Shown: one piece after another, positions 8,671-18,212 of the stretch
Layout of the letters: each line of letters begins with the position of its first letter
Position numbering within the stretch: the stretch's first letter is position 1
Assembly: GCF_051105105.1 (NCBI RefSeq)
Contig: NZ_CP185339.1
Source: Nannocystis pusilla
Lineage (GTDB): Bacteria > Myxococcota_A > Polyangia > Nannocystales > Nannocystaceae
Reading direction: 5' to 3' (one strand)
Length of the DNA: 64,000 nt
The notes under the pieces: model-generated
Databases searched by the model: none
What the model was told of the DNA's origin: nothing
What the model saw: only the letters and a program-made list of their open reading frames with translations
Made by a program: the position numbers and the translations under genes

Positions 8671-9945
8671 ATGAAGCGGACCCTGCTCGGAACTTCTTTC
8701 CTCGCCACCCTCCTGCTCAGCGCCTCGTTTTACGCGGGCAAACAGCCGGCCCTGGCCAACGCGGCTCCGGCCGCGGGCTCGGAGGTCGACCTCGGCGGCG
8801 GGTTCACGCTGCTGCGTCTCGCGGTCCCGGCCGACGGCCGCATCGGCGACATCCTGCGCAAGAACGCGTTGATCTCGAGCGGCTTCGAGGTCATCGACCG
8901 CCGCAGCATCCCGGCCGCGCTGATCAAGGCCAACGACTTCGACCAGAAGGGTTGGCAGGACATCGGCGCCCAGGCCGTGATCCTCGCCGACGAGGTCGGC
9001 GGTCAGTTCAAGTTCCGCCTGTTCGACATGGGCGCCGGCGGCAAGCCGGTGCTGTCGCGCGGCTACGCGGCCAACGACCCGCTCAAGGCCGCGAACCGGT
9101 TCATGAACGACGTGATCGAGCACTACACCAAGATCCCGGGTGTGTTCGGCTCGCGCATCGCGTTCGTCCGCACCAACCGCACGCCGACGGTCACGAAGAA
9201 CGTGTTCACGGTCGAGATGAACGGCGAGTCGCCGGCCTCGATCACCAACAACCGCTCGCTCAACATCTCGCCGTCGATCGGCCCCGGCGGGCAGGTGCTC
9301 TTCACCTCCTACGCCAAGCGCAACCCCGACCTGTGGATGAGCTCGGGCGGCTCGCTGAGCCGGATCAGCACCCAGCGCGGCCTCAACCTCGGCGGCGTGA
9401 TGAGCCCCGACGGCTCGAGCATCGCGCTGACGCTGTCGAAGGACGGCAACTCCGAGATCTACCTCATCGACACCGGCGGCACGATCAAGGCCCGCCTCAC
9501 CAACAACGCGGCGATCGACGGCTCGCCGACGTGGAGCCCGGGCTCGAACCAGCTCGCGTTCGTGTCGAGCCGCTCGGGCGGCCCGCAGGTGTTCCGCATG
9601 GGCTCCAACGGCGCCGGCGCGACCCGCCTGACCAAGCAGGGCAGCTACAACCAGACGCCCGACTGGAACCCCGGCCAGGGCGCCCGCGCCAACCTCGTCG
9701 CCTACGCCGGCCGCGATAACTCCAACCGCTACGACATCTTCTCGATCAACGTCGGCAGCGGCAAGCTGGCGCGCCTGACCCAGAACCCGGGCCGCAACCT
9801 CGACCCGACCTGGTCGCCCGACGGCCGCATGATCGCGTTCCAGTCGACCGTCGGCGGCATCGTCGTCGCCAACGACAAGGGCAACAACCAGCAGGTCATC
9901 GCCAAGGCCGGCACCACGCCCGACTGGGGCCCGCGCAGCGAGTAG
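8671..9945 (+). CDS. tolB: Tol-Pal system beta-propeller protein TolB
   Basis: Signal peptide MKRTLLGTSFLATLLLSASFYAG at the internal ATG 8671 (RBS AGAAGG upstream). Repeated PD40 motifs (SPDGSSIAL, SPTWSPGSNQLAF, DPTWSPDGRMIAF). ORF-track 8599..9945. Confidence 0.85.
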   Translation: MKRTLLGTSFLATLLLSASFYAGKQPALANAAPAAGSEVDLGGGFTLLRLAVPADGRIGDILRKNALISSGFEVIDRRSIPAALIKANDFDQKGWQDIGAQAVILADEVGGQFKFRLFDMGAGGKPVLSRGYAANDPLKAANRFMNDVIEHYTKIPGVFGSRIAFVRTNRTPTVTKNVFTVEMNGESPASITNNRSLNISPSIGPGGQVLFTSYAKRNPDLWMSSGGSLSRISTQRGLNLGGVMSPDGSSIALTLSKDGNSEIYLIDTGGTIKARLTNNAAIDGSPTWSPGSNQLAFVSSRSGGPQVFRMGSNGAGATRLTKQGSYNQTPDWNPGQGARANLVAYAGRDNSNRYDIFSINVGSGKLARLTQNPGRNLDPTWSPDGRMIAFQSTVGGIVVANDKGNNQQVIAKAGTTPDWGPRSE

Positions 9946-9952
9946 GTCCTTC

Positions 9953-9965
9953 GGGACATGTCCCC
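9953..9965. repeat. single GGGACATGTCCC palindrome unit between tolB stop and ppx start
   Basis: Perfect 12-bp palindrome. Its ATG is the ppx start codon. Confidence 0.6.
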
Positions 9966-10908
9966 AAACTCAGGTGAGCCTGCGACGCCGCGCGCCGCGG
10001 ATCCGCGAGGATCCTGGCGCGCGGTCATCGATATCGGGACCAACAGCGTCCTGCTGCTGGTCGCCCGCTGGCGCGGCCAGGAGATCGAGATCGCGCTCGA
10101 CCAGGCGACGATCACCCGCTTAGGCAAGGGCGTGGCCGCGACCGGCGTGCTGGCGCCGGAGTCGATCGCCCGCACGCTCGAAGTGCTGAAGCAGTACCGC
10201 GCGACCGCGGCCCAGTACGGCGCGACGCCGCTGGCGGTCACGACCGAGGGCGTTCGCCTGGCCAACAACCGCGACGATTTCCTGCGGCCCGCGGCCGAGG
10301 TGCTCGGCGCTCCGGTGCGGCTGCTCAGCGGCGCGGAGGAGGCCGAGCTGTCGTTCCGCTCGGTGGCGCAGGAGACCGGCTCGGCCGGGCCGCTGCGCGT
10401 GCTCGACATCGGCGGTGGCTCGACCGAGCTGGCCGTCGGTGAGGGCGAGCGGCTGGTCTCGTCGGTGTCGCACCCGATCGGCGCGGTGCGGCTGTACGAG
10501 CGGTTCGTGACGCACGACCCGCCGGAGCCGGCCGAGGTGGCGCAGATCGAGCTCGCGGCGCTGGACACGTTCCAGCGCGGGCAGCCGCTCGCGGCGTACC
10601 CGATCCTCACGGGCCTCGCGGGCACCGTCACGACCGCGGCGGCGATGCTGCGCGAGCTGCCGGCGTACGACCGCGAGGCGGTCGACGCCACCGCGTTCGC
10701 GTACGGGCAGGTCCGCGACCTCCGCGACCGCGCGGCGCAAGTGACCGCCGCGGAGCGGTGCCGCCTGTGGCCCGCGCTCGACCCGGCGCGCGCCGACGTG
10801 ATCGTCGCGGGGTTGACGATCCTGGTGGCGGCGATGCAGCACTGCGGTGCCACCAGCCTGGTCGTGCGCGACCGCGGCCTGCGCTACGCGCTGATCGAGA
10901 GGGATTGA
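9958..10908 (+). CDS. ppx: Ppx/GppA family phosphatase (exopolyphosphatase / pppGpp phosphohydrolase)
   Basis: AVIDIGTNSVLLLVA ... LDIGGGSTEL motifs of the Ppx/GppA actin-like fold. The ATG lies inside a GGGACATGTCCC palindrome. Confidence 0.8.
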   Translation: MSPNSGEPATPRAADPRGSWRAVIDIGTNSVLLLVARWRGQEIEIALDQATITRLGKGVAATGVLAPESIARTLEVLKQYRATAAQYGATPLAVTTEGVRLANNRDDFLRPAAEVLGAPVRLLSGAEEAELSFRSVAQETGSAGPLRVLDIGGGSTELAVGEGERLVSSVSHPIGAVRLYERFVTHDPPEPAEVAQIELAALDTFQRGQPLAAYPILTGLAGTVTTAAAMLRELPAYDREAVDATAFAYGQVRDLRDRAAQVTAAERCRLWPALDPARADVIVAGLTILVAAMQHCGATSLVVRDRGLRYALIERD

Positions 10909-11735
10909 TGCGCGTCGACCTGCATTGCCACTCGACCTGCTCGGACGGCAGTCTGTCGCCGACCGAGGTGGCGACGCGGGCGCAGGCCGAGGGCGTGCAG
11001 CTGTTCTGCCTGACCGACCACGACTCGGTGGCCGGCTACGAGGCGACCGCGGCGGCGCTGCCGACCACCCGGGTGCTGCGGGGGGTCGAGCTGAGCTGCC
11101 GCCACGCCGGCAAGACGGTCCACCTGCTGATCTACGGGGTCCGCGAGGGGAGCGGGCTGACGGCGCTGCAAGGCCGGCTCGAACATGTCCTCGAGGACAG
11201 GCGCACACGGCTCAAGGCGATCATCGCCCGCCTGCGCCGGCTCGGGGTCAAGCTCGACGGCGAGAAGATCCTGATCGCCACCCACGGCCACACGCCCGGC
11301 CGGCCCGACGTGGCCCGCGCGCTGGTCGAGGCCGGGGTGGTCCGCTCGCAGCGCGAGGCGTTCGAACGCTACCTCCACGACGGCGGCCCGGCCGACGTCG
11401 CGCTCGAGCGCGTGTCGCTCGACGACGGCCTCCGCCTCGGCCGCAACTCGGGGGCGAAGATGTCGCTGGCCCACCCGCACACGCTGCGCTCGCCCCAGCT
11501 GGTCGACGAGATGTTCGCGCAGTACAGGTCGGCCGGGCTCGAGGGCATCGAGGCCTACTACGGCCGCTACGGGGCGCAGGAGCGCGGGCTGTGGCTGAAC
11601 GTGGCCAAGCGGCGCGAGCTGGTGGTCACCGGCGGCTCGGACTTCCACGGGGCGGCGGTGCCGGAGATCCGTCACCCAGGCATCGAGCTGCCGGACCGCC
11701 ACGCGGAGCGCCTGCAGGCCTGGCTGGCGGAGTGA
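10908..11735 (+). CDS. PHP-domain metal-dependent phosphoesterase (TrpH/YciV-like)
   Basis: MRVDLHCHSTCSDGSLSP...CLTDHDS is the PHP signature. The ATG overlaps the ppx stop (TGATG). ORF-track 10758..11735 with an internal Met. Confidence 0.75.
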   Translation: MRVDLHCHSTCSDGSLSPTEVATRAQAEGVQLFCLTDHDSVAGYEATAAALPTTRVLRGVELSCRHAGKTVHLLIYGVREGSGLTALQGRLEHVLEDRRTRLKAIIARLRRLGVKLDGEKILIATHGHTPGRPDVARALVEAGVVRSQREAFERYLHDGGPADVALERVSLDDGLRLGRNSGAKMSLAHPHTLRSPQLVDEMFAQYRSAGLEGIEAYYGRYGAQERGLWLNVAKRRELVVTGGSDFHGAAVPEIRHPGIELPDRHAERLQAWLAE

Positions 11736-11818
11736 GCCGAGGCTGCGGCGCGCGGGCAGTCGTGACTGTGCGACATGTGTGAAGGGCCAGGTCGGAAGCG
11801 ACAGGGCCGAAGGGGCAG

Positions 11819-13438
11819 GTGGAGGTGAGCGCGGGCGGCGGCGAGACCGGGGCAGAGCGGCCAGGCGAGGACCGGCCGGTGCTGCTGCGCGTCGAGGGGC
11901 TGACGATCGCGCGGCCCGACGGCGCGCCGCTGGTCGAGGCGCTGGCGCTGACGCTGCGGGCCGGCGAGACCGCGGCGGTGTTCGGCGCCAGCGGGGCCGG
12001 CAAGTCGACGCTGATGGCGGCGCTGCACGACGCGGACGGCCTGCGAGCGCGCGGGTTCGCGGTCCGGGCGGCCACGTTCACGGCGGCCGGCGCGGTCGGG
12101 ATCGTGCCGCAACGCGGGGCGCTGCTCGACCATTTGAGCGCGGCCGGCAACATCGCATTGGCGCTGCGCAACGCCGAGCAGCCGGTGTCCGCCACGCCGC
12201 AGGAGGTCGAGCGCTGGATCGCCGCGCTCGACCTGCCGCGGCGCTGGACGGGCGAGGCGCAGGCGGTCGCGCACGTCAGCGGCGGCGAGGCGCAGCGCCT
12301 GGCGGTCGCGCGCACGCTCGCCGGCGGGCGGCGGATCTTGCTGCTCGACGAGCCGTCGGTCGGGCTCGATCCGCTCCGCGTCGATCGGCTGGCGGCGGCC
12401 CTGCGCGGGCAGATCGCCGGCCAGGGCGCGGCCGCGCTGGCGATCACCCACGACCTCGAGTTCGCGGCCGGGTTCGCCGATCGCTTCCTCTACCTCGACC
12501 CGGCCGCGGGGCGGCTCGTCGAGCTGCCGATCGCGCGCGGCGAGACGGCGGCGGCGACGGTCGCGGCGCTCGGGGCGGCGCTGCGCGATCTGCTGGCCAA
12601 AGAGACAGGTCAGGCGGGCGGGCGGCCGCGGCGGCGCCTGGGGGCACGGCTGCGAGCTGTCCTCGGAGACATGTTGGCGCCGTTCGCGGTGCTGGTCCGG
12701 GCCCTGGCGGCCGCTCCGGCGGCGCTGGCTCGCCCGCGCGACTTCGCCGAGGTGGCGCGGGTGACCTTCGCGCAGGGCCTGTGGCGCCCGCTCGGCTTCA
12801 TCGCCGCGGTGTCGCTGCTGGTCGGCTTCACCCTGCTGTACATCTTCCACCGCGCGTTCTCGGGCGGCGGGGTGCCGGTGCGGCCGGACAAGATCTTCGC
12901 GCTGATCGGGTCGATGCATGTGCTGGCCCTGGCGCCGCCGCTGTCGGCGATCCTGTTCGCGGCGACGTCGGGCAGCGCGGTCGCGGCCTGGCTCGGCGGG
13001 ATGTCGCTGACGCGCCAGACGGCGGCGCTACGCGGGCTCGGGATCGCCGAGGCGCGCTACTTGTGGCTGCCGGCGGTGCTCGGGCTGGCGCTGGCGTACG
13101 TCGTGCTGGCGGGGGTGTTCACCGGCGGGATGGTGCTCGGCGGGCTGCTCTACTTGAAGCTGCAGGTGCCGGCGCTCGCTGAACCGTGGCTGGTCGTCAC
13201 CGCCGACCTGCTCGATCCGCCGGCCGCGCGCGCGCCGTTCCGCGCGCGCGCGCTGGTGCTGGTCGCGCTCTACGCCGGCGGGATCGCGGCGGACGCGGTG
13301 GCGAAGGGGTCGAGCGACAAGGCCAGCGCCGACGCCGTGACCGCGGCGATGGTGCGCAGCGTGATGGCCTGTACGCTGTGGGTGGTGGCGCTCGAGCTGG
13401 CGTCGCTGGTCGTGCTGTATGGCGCTCGCGGAGGATAA
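11819..13438 (+). CDS. ABC transporter with fused ATP-binding domain and MlaE-like permease domain
   Basis: Walker A GASGAGKST, signature VSGGEAQRLAVAR, Walker B LLLDEPSVGLD, then about 260 aa of multi-TM permease (FAQGLWRPLGFIAAVSLLVGFTLLY...) in the same frame. Confidence 0.6.
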   Translation: MEVSAGGGETGAERPGEDRPVLLRVEGLTIARPDGAPLVEALALTLRAGETAAVFGASGAGKSTLMAALHDADGLRARGFAVRAATFTAAGAVGIVPQRGALLDHLSAAGNIALALRNAEQPVSATPQEVERWIAALDLPRRWTGEAQAVAHVSGGEAQRLAVARTLAGGRRILLLDEPSVGLDPLRVDRLAAALRGQIAGQGAAALAITHDLEFAAGFADRFLYLDPAAGRLVELPIARGETAAATVAALGAALRDLLAKETGQAGGRPRRRLGARLRAVLGDMLAPFAVLVRALAAAPAALARPRDFAEVARVTFAQGLWRPLGFIAAVSLLVGFTLLYIFHRAFSGGGVPVRPDKIFALIGSMHVLALAPPLSAILFAATSGSAVAAWLGGMSLTRQTAALRGLGIAEARYLWLPAVLGLALAYVVLAGVFTGGMVLGGLLYLKLQVPALAEPWLVVTADLLDPPAARAPFRARALVLVALYAGGIAADAVAKGSSDKASADAVTAAMVRSVMACTLWVVALELASLVVLYGARGG

Positions 13439-13454
13439 GTGGCGGCTCGCGTCG

Positions 13455-15281
13455 ATGGCCGGCCTGGCCGGTCTGGCGCTGGCGGGCGCGCTGCTGGCGG
13501 CCGGGCGCGGGGCGCTGATCGAGGCGGCATCGGTCGAGCCGTTCCGCGTCGAGGTCGCAAGCCCGCACGCGCCGGCGGCGGACGGGCGCTGGTCGGGGCG
13601 TGTGGTCCCGCCGGAGCTGGCGGCGCGGGCGGTGGTGCGGGTCGACGGGGAGATTCGCGGCGGTCCTGAGGGACATGCGCAAAGGGACATGTCCGGAGAG
13701 GGGCAGGTGGTCGAGCGCCGGACGCCAGTGGCCGGTCCTTCAGGGCATGTTCGAGAGGACATGCTCTATGGCGCAGCCAGTGATGCGAGCGACGGGCAGC
13801 GCAGCGCCGAAGGACATGGCCTCGGAGACAGGTCGGATGGGGCGCTGTCGGTCGCGCTGGGCGACGCGCCGGGGCTGCGGCTGATCGAGGTCGAGCTGCC
13901 GCGCCAGGGCGGGGCCGAGGTGGTGACCGACGCGGCGCTGGTCGGGCCGTTCCGCGCCCGCTACGACGACTCGCCGGGCTGCGGCGCGGGGGTGCGGGTG
14001 GCGGCGAGGGCGATCGATCGGCTGGTGCTGCCGCCGCTGCGCGACAAGCTGCTGGCGGCGGCGCCGTCGATCGGGCTGCTCGGGCCGGGGACGACGCTCG
14101 AGGAGGCGAGCGTGACGCTGCGGGGCGACGCGCTGTGGTTCCGCGTGGCGCTGGCCGGCGAGCACCGGATCGCGGTGTCGGGGGCGCTCAAGGTGCGGGT
14201 GGCCGGGCCGCGCCAGCTCGGCGTGCGCCTGGCCTCGCTCGGGCCGGTCGAGTTCACGGGCACGCTGCGCACGCGGGCGACGCTCGGCGCGGCGGGGCTC
14301 GGGGCGCTCGTGACGGGGCCATTGGCGCCGCTCGGGGCGCTGGCCGGCTACGCGCTGGCCGACGGCTACATCGATCGGCGCGCGCGACAGGAGGTCGAGA
14401 CGCAGCTGACCGCGGCCCTGGCGGTGGCCAGCGCGATCCCGCTGATCCCCGAGCGCGCCGAGCTGATCGTCGGCGAGCCGCGCTCGCGGGCGACGCTGGC
14501 GTTCTGCGCGGTGGCCATCGAGTCGGGCGGGATCGCGGCGCACCTGTCCGTACGGCCCGATAAACCTGACCCGAAGACCAGCCAGGAGGCGAGCCGGGTG
14601 CGCACGCGGCTCGCGGCGATCCCGGGGCCGGCGCGGCACGGGCTCGAGCTGCCGCCGCTGCGGCCGGTGGCGCCGACGGCCGACGCGGAGGTCGAGCTGA
14701 GCCTCGACACGGTCGACGCGCTGCTCGACGCGTGGACCGCCAACGGCCTGCTCGGCGACCTGATGGGGCGGGCGCAGTGGGTCGAGCGGGTCGACGAGGC
14801 GCTCGGTGAGTGGACGACGCTCGGCTTGGCGGAGATTGAGGTCCGGCTGCCGCCGTCGCTGTCCCCGGGGACAGGTGACGGCTGGGCCTTGACTGTCGCG
14901 GGGCTGCGCCTGGGGCTGACCGGCAGCGAGGGCGAGGACCCCGGGGAGGTGCTGGTCGCGGGGCGCGGGGTCGTGCGCCCGCACTACGACGCGACGCGCG
15001 GGCGGCTGGCGCTGTCGGGCACGATCGACCGCCTGCGCCTGTCGTGCGCCCGCGCGGGAGCGCTGTGGCCGTGCTTCGGCGCGCTGCTCGAGATGGGCAA
15101 CGTCGAGGCTCGGCTCGACGCGCTGCTGGCCCCGGGCGCCGCCGGGCTGCCGGGGATCGAGGTGCGGGCGCTGCTCCGCGACGGCACGCGAGCGCTGCGC
15201 GACGGCGGGCTGGAGCTGGCCGATCTGGCGATCAGCTATCCACAGCCGGGCGTGCTGCGGGTCGCGGCCGAGGTGCGCTGA
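13455..15281 (+). CDS. hypothetical membrane-anchored protein (possible partner of the ABC transporter); contains an in-frame repeat cluster
   Basis: ORF-track 13419..15281. N-terminal TM segment MAGLAGLALAGALLAAG. Residues encoded at 13665-13835 derive from the CATG-palindrome repeat (EGHAQRDMSGEGQ...HVREDMLYGA...). No family recognised. Start is uncertain. Confidence 0.35.
   Translation: MAGLAGLALAGALLAAGRGALIEAASVEPFRVEVASPHAPAADGRWSGRVVPPELAARAVVRVDGEIRGGPEGHAQRDMSGEGQVVERRTPVAGPSGHVREDMLYGAASDASDGQRSAEGHGLGDRSDGALSVALGDAPGLRLIEVELPRQGGAEVVTDAALVGPFRARYDDSPGCGAGVRVAARAIDRLVLPPLRDKLLAAAPSIGLLGPGTTLEEASVTLRGDALWFRVALAGEHRIAVSGALKVRVAGPRQLGVRLASLGPVEFTGTLRTRATLGAAGLGALVTGPLAPLGALAGYALADGYIDRRARQEVETQLTAALAVASAIPLIPERAELIVGEPRSRATLAFCAVAIESGGIAAHLSVRPDKPDPKTSQEASRVRTRLAAIPGPARHGLELPPLRPVAPTADAEVELSLDTVDALLDAWTANGLLGDLMGRAQWVERVDEALGEWTTLGLAEIEVRLPPSLSPGTGDGWALTVAGLRLGLTGSEGEDPGEVLVAGRGVVRPHYDATRGRLALSGTIDRLRLSCARAGALWPCFGALLEMGNVEARLDALLAPGAAGLPGIEVRALLRDGTRALRDGGLELADLAISYPQPGVLRVAAEVR
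13665..13835. repeat. CATG-palindrome repeat cluster lying in-frame inside ORF 13455..15281
   Basis: GAGGGACATGCGC, AAAGGGACATGTCCGGAG, CAGGGCATGTTCGAG, GAGGACATGCTCTATGG, GAAGGACATGGCCTCGGAGACAGGTC. Confidence 0.65.
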
Positions 15282-15602
15282 GGCGAAGACGGTGAAGACC
15301 GCGGACTCCGGCGCTGGGGAGCTGCTGACCGCGAGCTACGCGTTCATGACCGACGAGCTAGCGAGCTACTACGGGGTCGAGGCCGGCGCGGGCGAGCCCG
15401 ATCTGGGCGGCCCCAAGCGGGCCGACACCGGCGCGGCGGCGGGCCTCCTGACGCACAGGCGCTCATGACGACGCACGCGCTGTCGGGCGCGTCTCTCAGC
15501 GCTGCCCCAAGTGCGCTCCCGTACGGGTCGGGGACGGTCTCGTCGAACGGCGACGATCGGCACCTCCGACCCATCGGCGCGTCAGCCGCGAACGCGACGC
15601 GG

Positions 15603-15668
15603 TTGGACATGTCCTTTCAGAAATGTCCGGATGGACATGACGTTTCAGACATGTCCATTCGGACACTG
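15603..15668. repeat. CATG-palindrome repeat cluster (convergent intergenic)
   Basis: TTGGACATGTCCTTT, GAAATGTCCGGATGGACATGACG, TTTCAGACATGTCCATTCGGACAC. Confidence 0.7.
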
Positions 15669-15679
15669 TGCTGCGCGCG

Positions 15680-16069
15680 TCAGTCCTGCCGGGGCGGGTC
15701 TTTGCGGTCGAAGCGCTCGCGGGCGCGGGCGATCTCGCCGCGGTGATCGCCGGCCCAGGCGGCGAGGGCCTGGACCGGGTCGAGCAGGGTGCGGCCGAGC
15801 TCGGTCAGCTCGTAGTCGACGCGCGGCGGGACCGACGGGGTGACGGTGCGGGTGACCAGGCCGTCGCGCTCGAGGCCGCGGAGCGTCAGGGTCAGCATGC
15901 GCTGCGAGATGCCCTCGATCGCCCGCCGCAGCTCGTTGAAGCGCAGCGGGCGGTCGCTCAGCATGCTGACCACGAGGACGCTCCACTTGTCGCCGACGCG
16001 GCTCAGGACGTCGCGCACCGCCACACAGGTCTCTTGCTGATGCATGTCGCGGACTCGGTTCCCTTTCAT
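15680..16069 (-). CDS. HxlR-family winged-helix transcriptional regulator
   Basis: [23 protein letters not shown]...RFNEL...[19 protein letters not shown] is the HxlR signature. Start at ATG 16069 or ATG 16045 (the latter has an AAGGGA RBS). Confidence 0.7.
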   Translation of the reverse strand: MKGNRVRDMHQQETCVAVRDVLSRVGDKWSVLVVSMLSDRPLRFNELRRAIEGISQRMLTLTLRGLERDGLVTRTVTPSVPPRVDYELTELGRTLLDPVQALAAWAGDHRGEIARARERFDRKDPPRQD

Positions 16070-16131
16070 AACCCAGGCCGCGAGCCGGATGAAGCCGGCC
16101 CTGCGTCTGGCTCGCGGCGACAGGCGCGCCG

Positions 16132-16470
16132 TCATCGCCGGCCAGGCTCGCCGCCCGCATGGGAGACACCCGGCTGGCCGGCCGCCAGCATCGCCTGGAC
16201 TGCGGCCGGGTCGGTGTAGGGGATGGCGGCGCCACAACCGGCGCACACGCGCAGGGACATCGGCGCGCGCAGGATGTCCGACTCCGAGGGCCGGCTGAGG
16301 AAGCCGCGCTCCGGGACGTGGGCGCAGGTCTGCACGGGCTGGGCGTACCAGCCGTTGACGCCGTGCTCGAGGTTGCGCCACGGCGAGAGGAAGTAGAACT
16401 CCCGACCGTGGCAGATCGAGCACGGCGTGGTGGCGAGGGCGGACGACGGCGAGGGCGAGGACGAGGCCAT
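16132..16470 (-). CDS. small hypothetical protein with two CxxC pairs (zinc-ribbon-like)
   Basis: Tail of spurious ORF 16132..17568-. [10 protein letters not shown]...[11 protein letters not shown]...[10 protein letters not shown], 112 aa, directly upstream of the HxlR gene. Weak evidence. Confidence 0.25.
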   Translation of the reverse strand: MASSSPSPSSALATTPCSICHGREFYFLSPWRNLEHGVNGWYAQPVQTCAHVPERGFLSRPSESDILRAPMSLRVCAGCGAAIPYTDPAAVQAMLAAGQPGVSHAGGEPGRR

Positions 16471-16569
16471 GCCGAGGAGTATGCCGCGGACGCCGCCGCG
16501 GCGGCATCGTGGAGACTTCCGTGGCGGACCGCCGATGCGTGGGGTGCATGACGGATCCGCGCGCTTGCG

Positions 16570-16620
16570 GGCCTGTCCCGGGGGACAGGCGAAAAGAAGA
16601 TGTCCTTCGAGACATCTCGG
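16570..16620. repeat. repeat cluster of the same family (CAGG and ATGTC variants)
   Basis: GCCTGTCCC-GGG-GGACAGGC hairpin and AGATGTC-CTTCGA-GACATCT hairpin. Confidence 0.55.
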
Positions 16621-16646
16621 AGGCGGGAGACCAGCGGGCGCCGAGT

Positions 16647-17921
16647 TCAGCGGTGGCGCGGGCGTTTGGGCGCGCTGCCGGGCAGCTCGGCCTCCGCTGC
16701 GACGGCGTCGAGGCGGCGGCCGATGTCGCTGATGGTGGCAGGGGCGACCTCGACCGCGCGCGCCTCTGAAGGCCAGCGCGCGAGGGCGGTTCGCACCTCG
16801 TCGACGATCGCTCGCGCGGTCTTCTCGTCGATCGAGGCGCGTCGGGCCAGGCGCAGCATGTGCTGCCAGGTCGGGCGCCGGCCCTCGCCGTCGAGCGTCA
16901 TCGTGTGCTCCCCGCCGGGCCCGGCGACGAAGTTGAGGTCGTAGGCGGGCGACAAGCGCCAGCCGCCCTCGCGGTCCATGAGGAAGGAGAAGTTCTTGCC
17001 GTGGTCGTCGCGGTTGTGCGCGAGCACGTTGAACACCATCTGCCGGAAGGCCCGGCGCACGTCGGGCTGGGCGCGCGTGAGGTGCATGGTGACGCGCAGC
17101 AGCATGTCGTAGTCGAGGCTCGGCTCGCGGAAGTCGGCGTCGAGCAGGCCGGCGAGGGTGTGGACGTGGGTGCGCGCGCCGGCCTCGTCGCGGTCGAACC
17201 GACGCACGCCGAAGAAGCGCTGGCCGCTTCTGGCCACGAACAGCCGCGTGTCGGGCACCTCGAGCCCCGCGTGGCGCGCGAGGCGGGCGTAGACGTGCTC
17301 GATCGCCCCGGCGTCGCGCTGCTCGTCGCCGGCCCAGAATTTGATCAGCCACGGCTCGTGATCCGGCGGCGGCACGGCTGTCCCATAGACCATGCTGTCC
17401 CCGCGGACAGCCACGAGCACCTTCGGCCGCGCGCCGCCGGGCGAGCCGCCGGCGTGCTGCAGCACCGGCAACAGCTCCGACGGGTGACCGCGGTAGACGT
17501 CCTCGGCGGCGGCTGCCAGCTTGTCGAGGGCGATCGACCGGTCCGCGACGGGCTCGGCGTCGGTGCACGGGTGGAACGTCAGGGCGCCCATGGTGCGCGC
17601 GCCGAGGTGCGCCAGGCGGTCGAGCGGCGACAGCTGCTCGGGCACGAGGCCGCGCTTGCGGAACAGCCGGTCCATGAGCAGGAGGCCCCAGCCGTCGGGC
17701 AAGGCGTCGGCGAACACGCCGTGCAGGCGGGCGGCGGGAGCTTTGAAGATACCTGGCTGAAGGGCCAGCTTGAGCGGCGAGAGCGAGGGACCGCGGGCCA
17801 GCCAGGTCGCCGCGTATTCGAAATAGATCGCGCGTTCGTGCAGCAGCAGGTGGCCGACGACCTCGCGGTCGTCGGGGGCGCGCTCGAGCCGGACCTCGAG
17901 CTTGCGGGTCACCGGGCTCAA
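16647..17921 (-). CDS. hipA: HipA-family serine/threonine kinase toxin (type II toxin-antitoxin)
   Basis: HipA N-terminal domain plus the kinase core (GGARPKVLV; [11 protein letters not shown] motif). Overlaps the upstream HTH gene by 4 nt. Confidence 0.85.
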   Translation of the reverse strand: MSPVTRKLEVRLERAPDDREVVGHLLLHERAIYFEYAATWLARGPSLSPLKLALQPGIFKAPAARLHGVFADALPDGWGLLLMDRLFRKRGLVPEQLSPLDRLAHLGARTMGALTFHPCTDAEPVADRSIALDKLAAAAEDVYRGHPSELLPVLQHAGGSPGGARPKVLVAVRGDSMVYGTAVPPPDHEPWLIKFWAGDEQRDAGAIEHVYARLARHAGLEVPDTRLFVARSGQRFFGVRRFDRDEAGARTHVHTLAGLLDADFREPSLDYDMLLRVTMHLTRAQPDVRRAFRQMVFNVLAHNRDDHGKNFSFLMDREGGWRLSPAYDLNFVAGPGGEHTMTLDGEGRRPTWQHMLRLARRASIDEKTARAIVDEVRTALARWPSEARAVEVAPATISDIGRRLDAVAAEAELPGSAPKRPRHR

Positions 17922-18211
17922 CGCCGGCCTCGCTGACGCGCGGGCGCCTGCCCGCGCTGCTCGAGCTCGGCCAGCGAGCGCGCCGGCGGCGGGGCGAACA
18001 CCGCCTCGAACTGCTCGAGGCAGCCGAGCGCGAGCGCCAGCTTGAGCAGGTTGTCGAGCGCGATCTGGCCGGTCGTTTCGAAGCGCTTGACGGTGCCGGC
18101 GCTGATGCCGGCCCGCTCCGCCAGCGTCTCGCGCTTCCAGTCGCGGGCCAGTCGCAGCGCCTTCATGCGCCCGGCCAGGCGCTGGGCGACCTCCTCGGCG
18201 GTGTACAGCAC
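17918..18211 (-). CDS. hipB: HipB-like XRE-family helix-turn-helix antitoxin
   Basis: LRLARDWKRETLAERAGISAGTVKRFETTGQ is an XRE HTH. GTG start. ATGA overlap with hipA. Confidence 0.65.
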   Translation of the reverse strand: MLYTAEEVAQRLAGRMKALRLARDWKRETLAERAGISAGTVKRFETTGQIALDNLLKLALALGCLEQFEAVFAPPPARSLAELEQRGQAPARQRGRR

Positions 18212-18212
18212 A

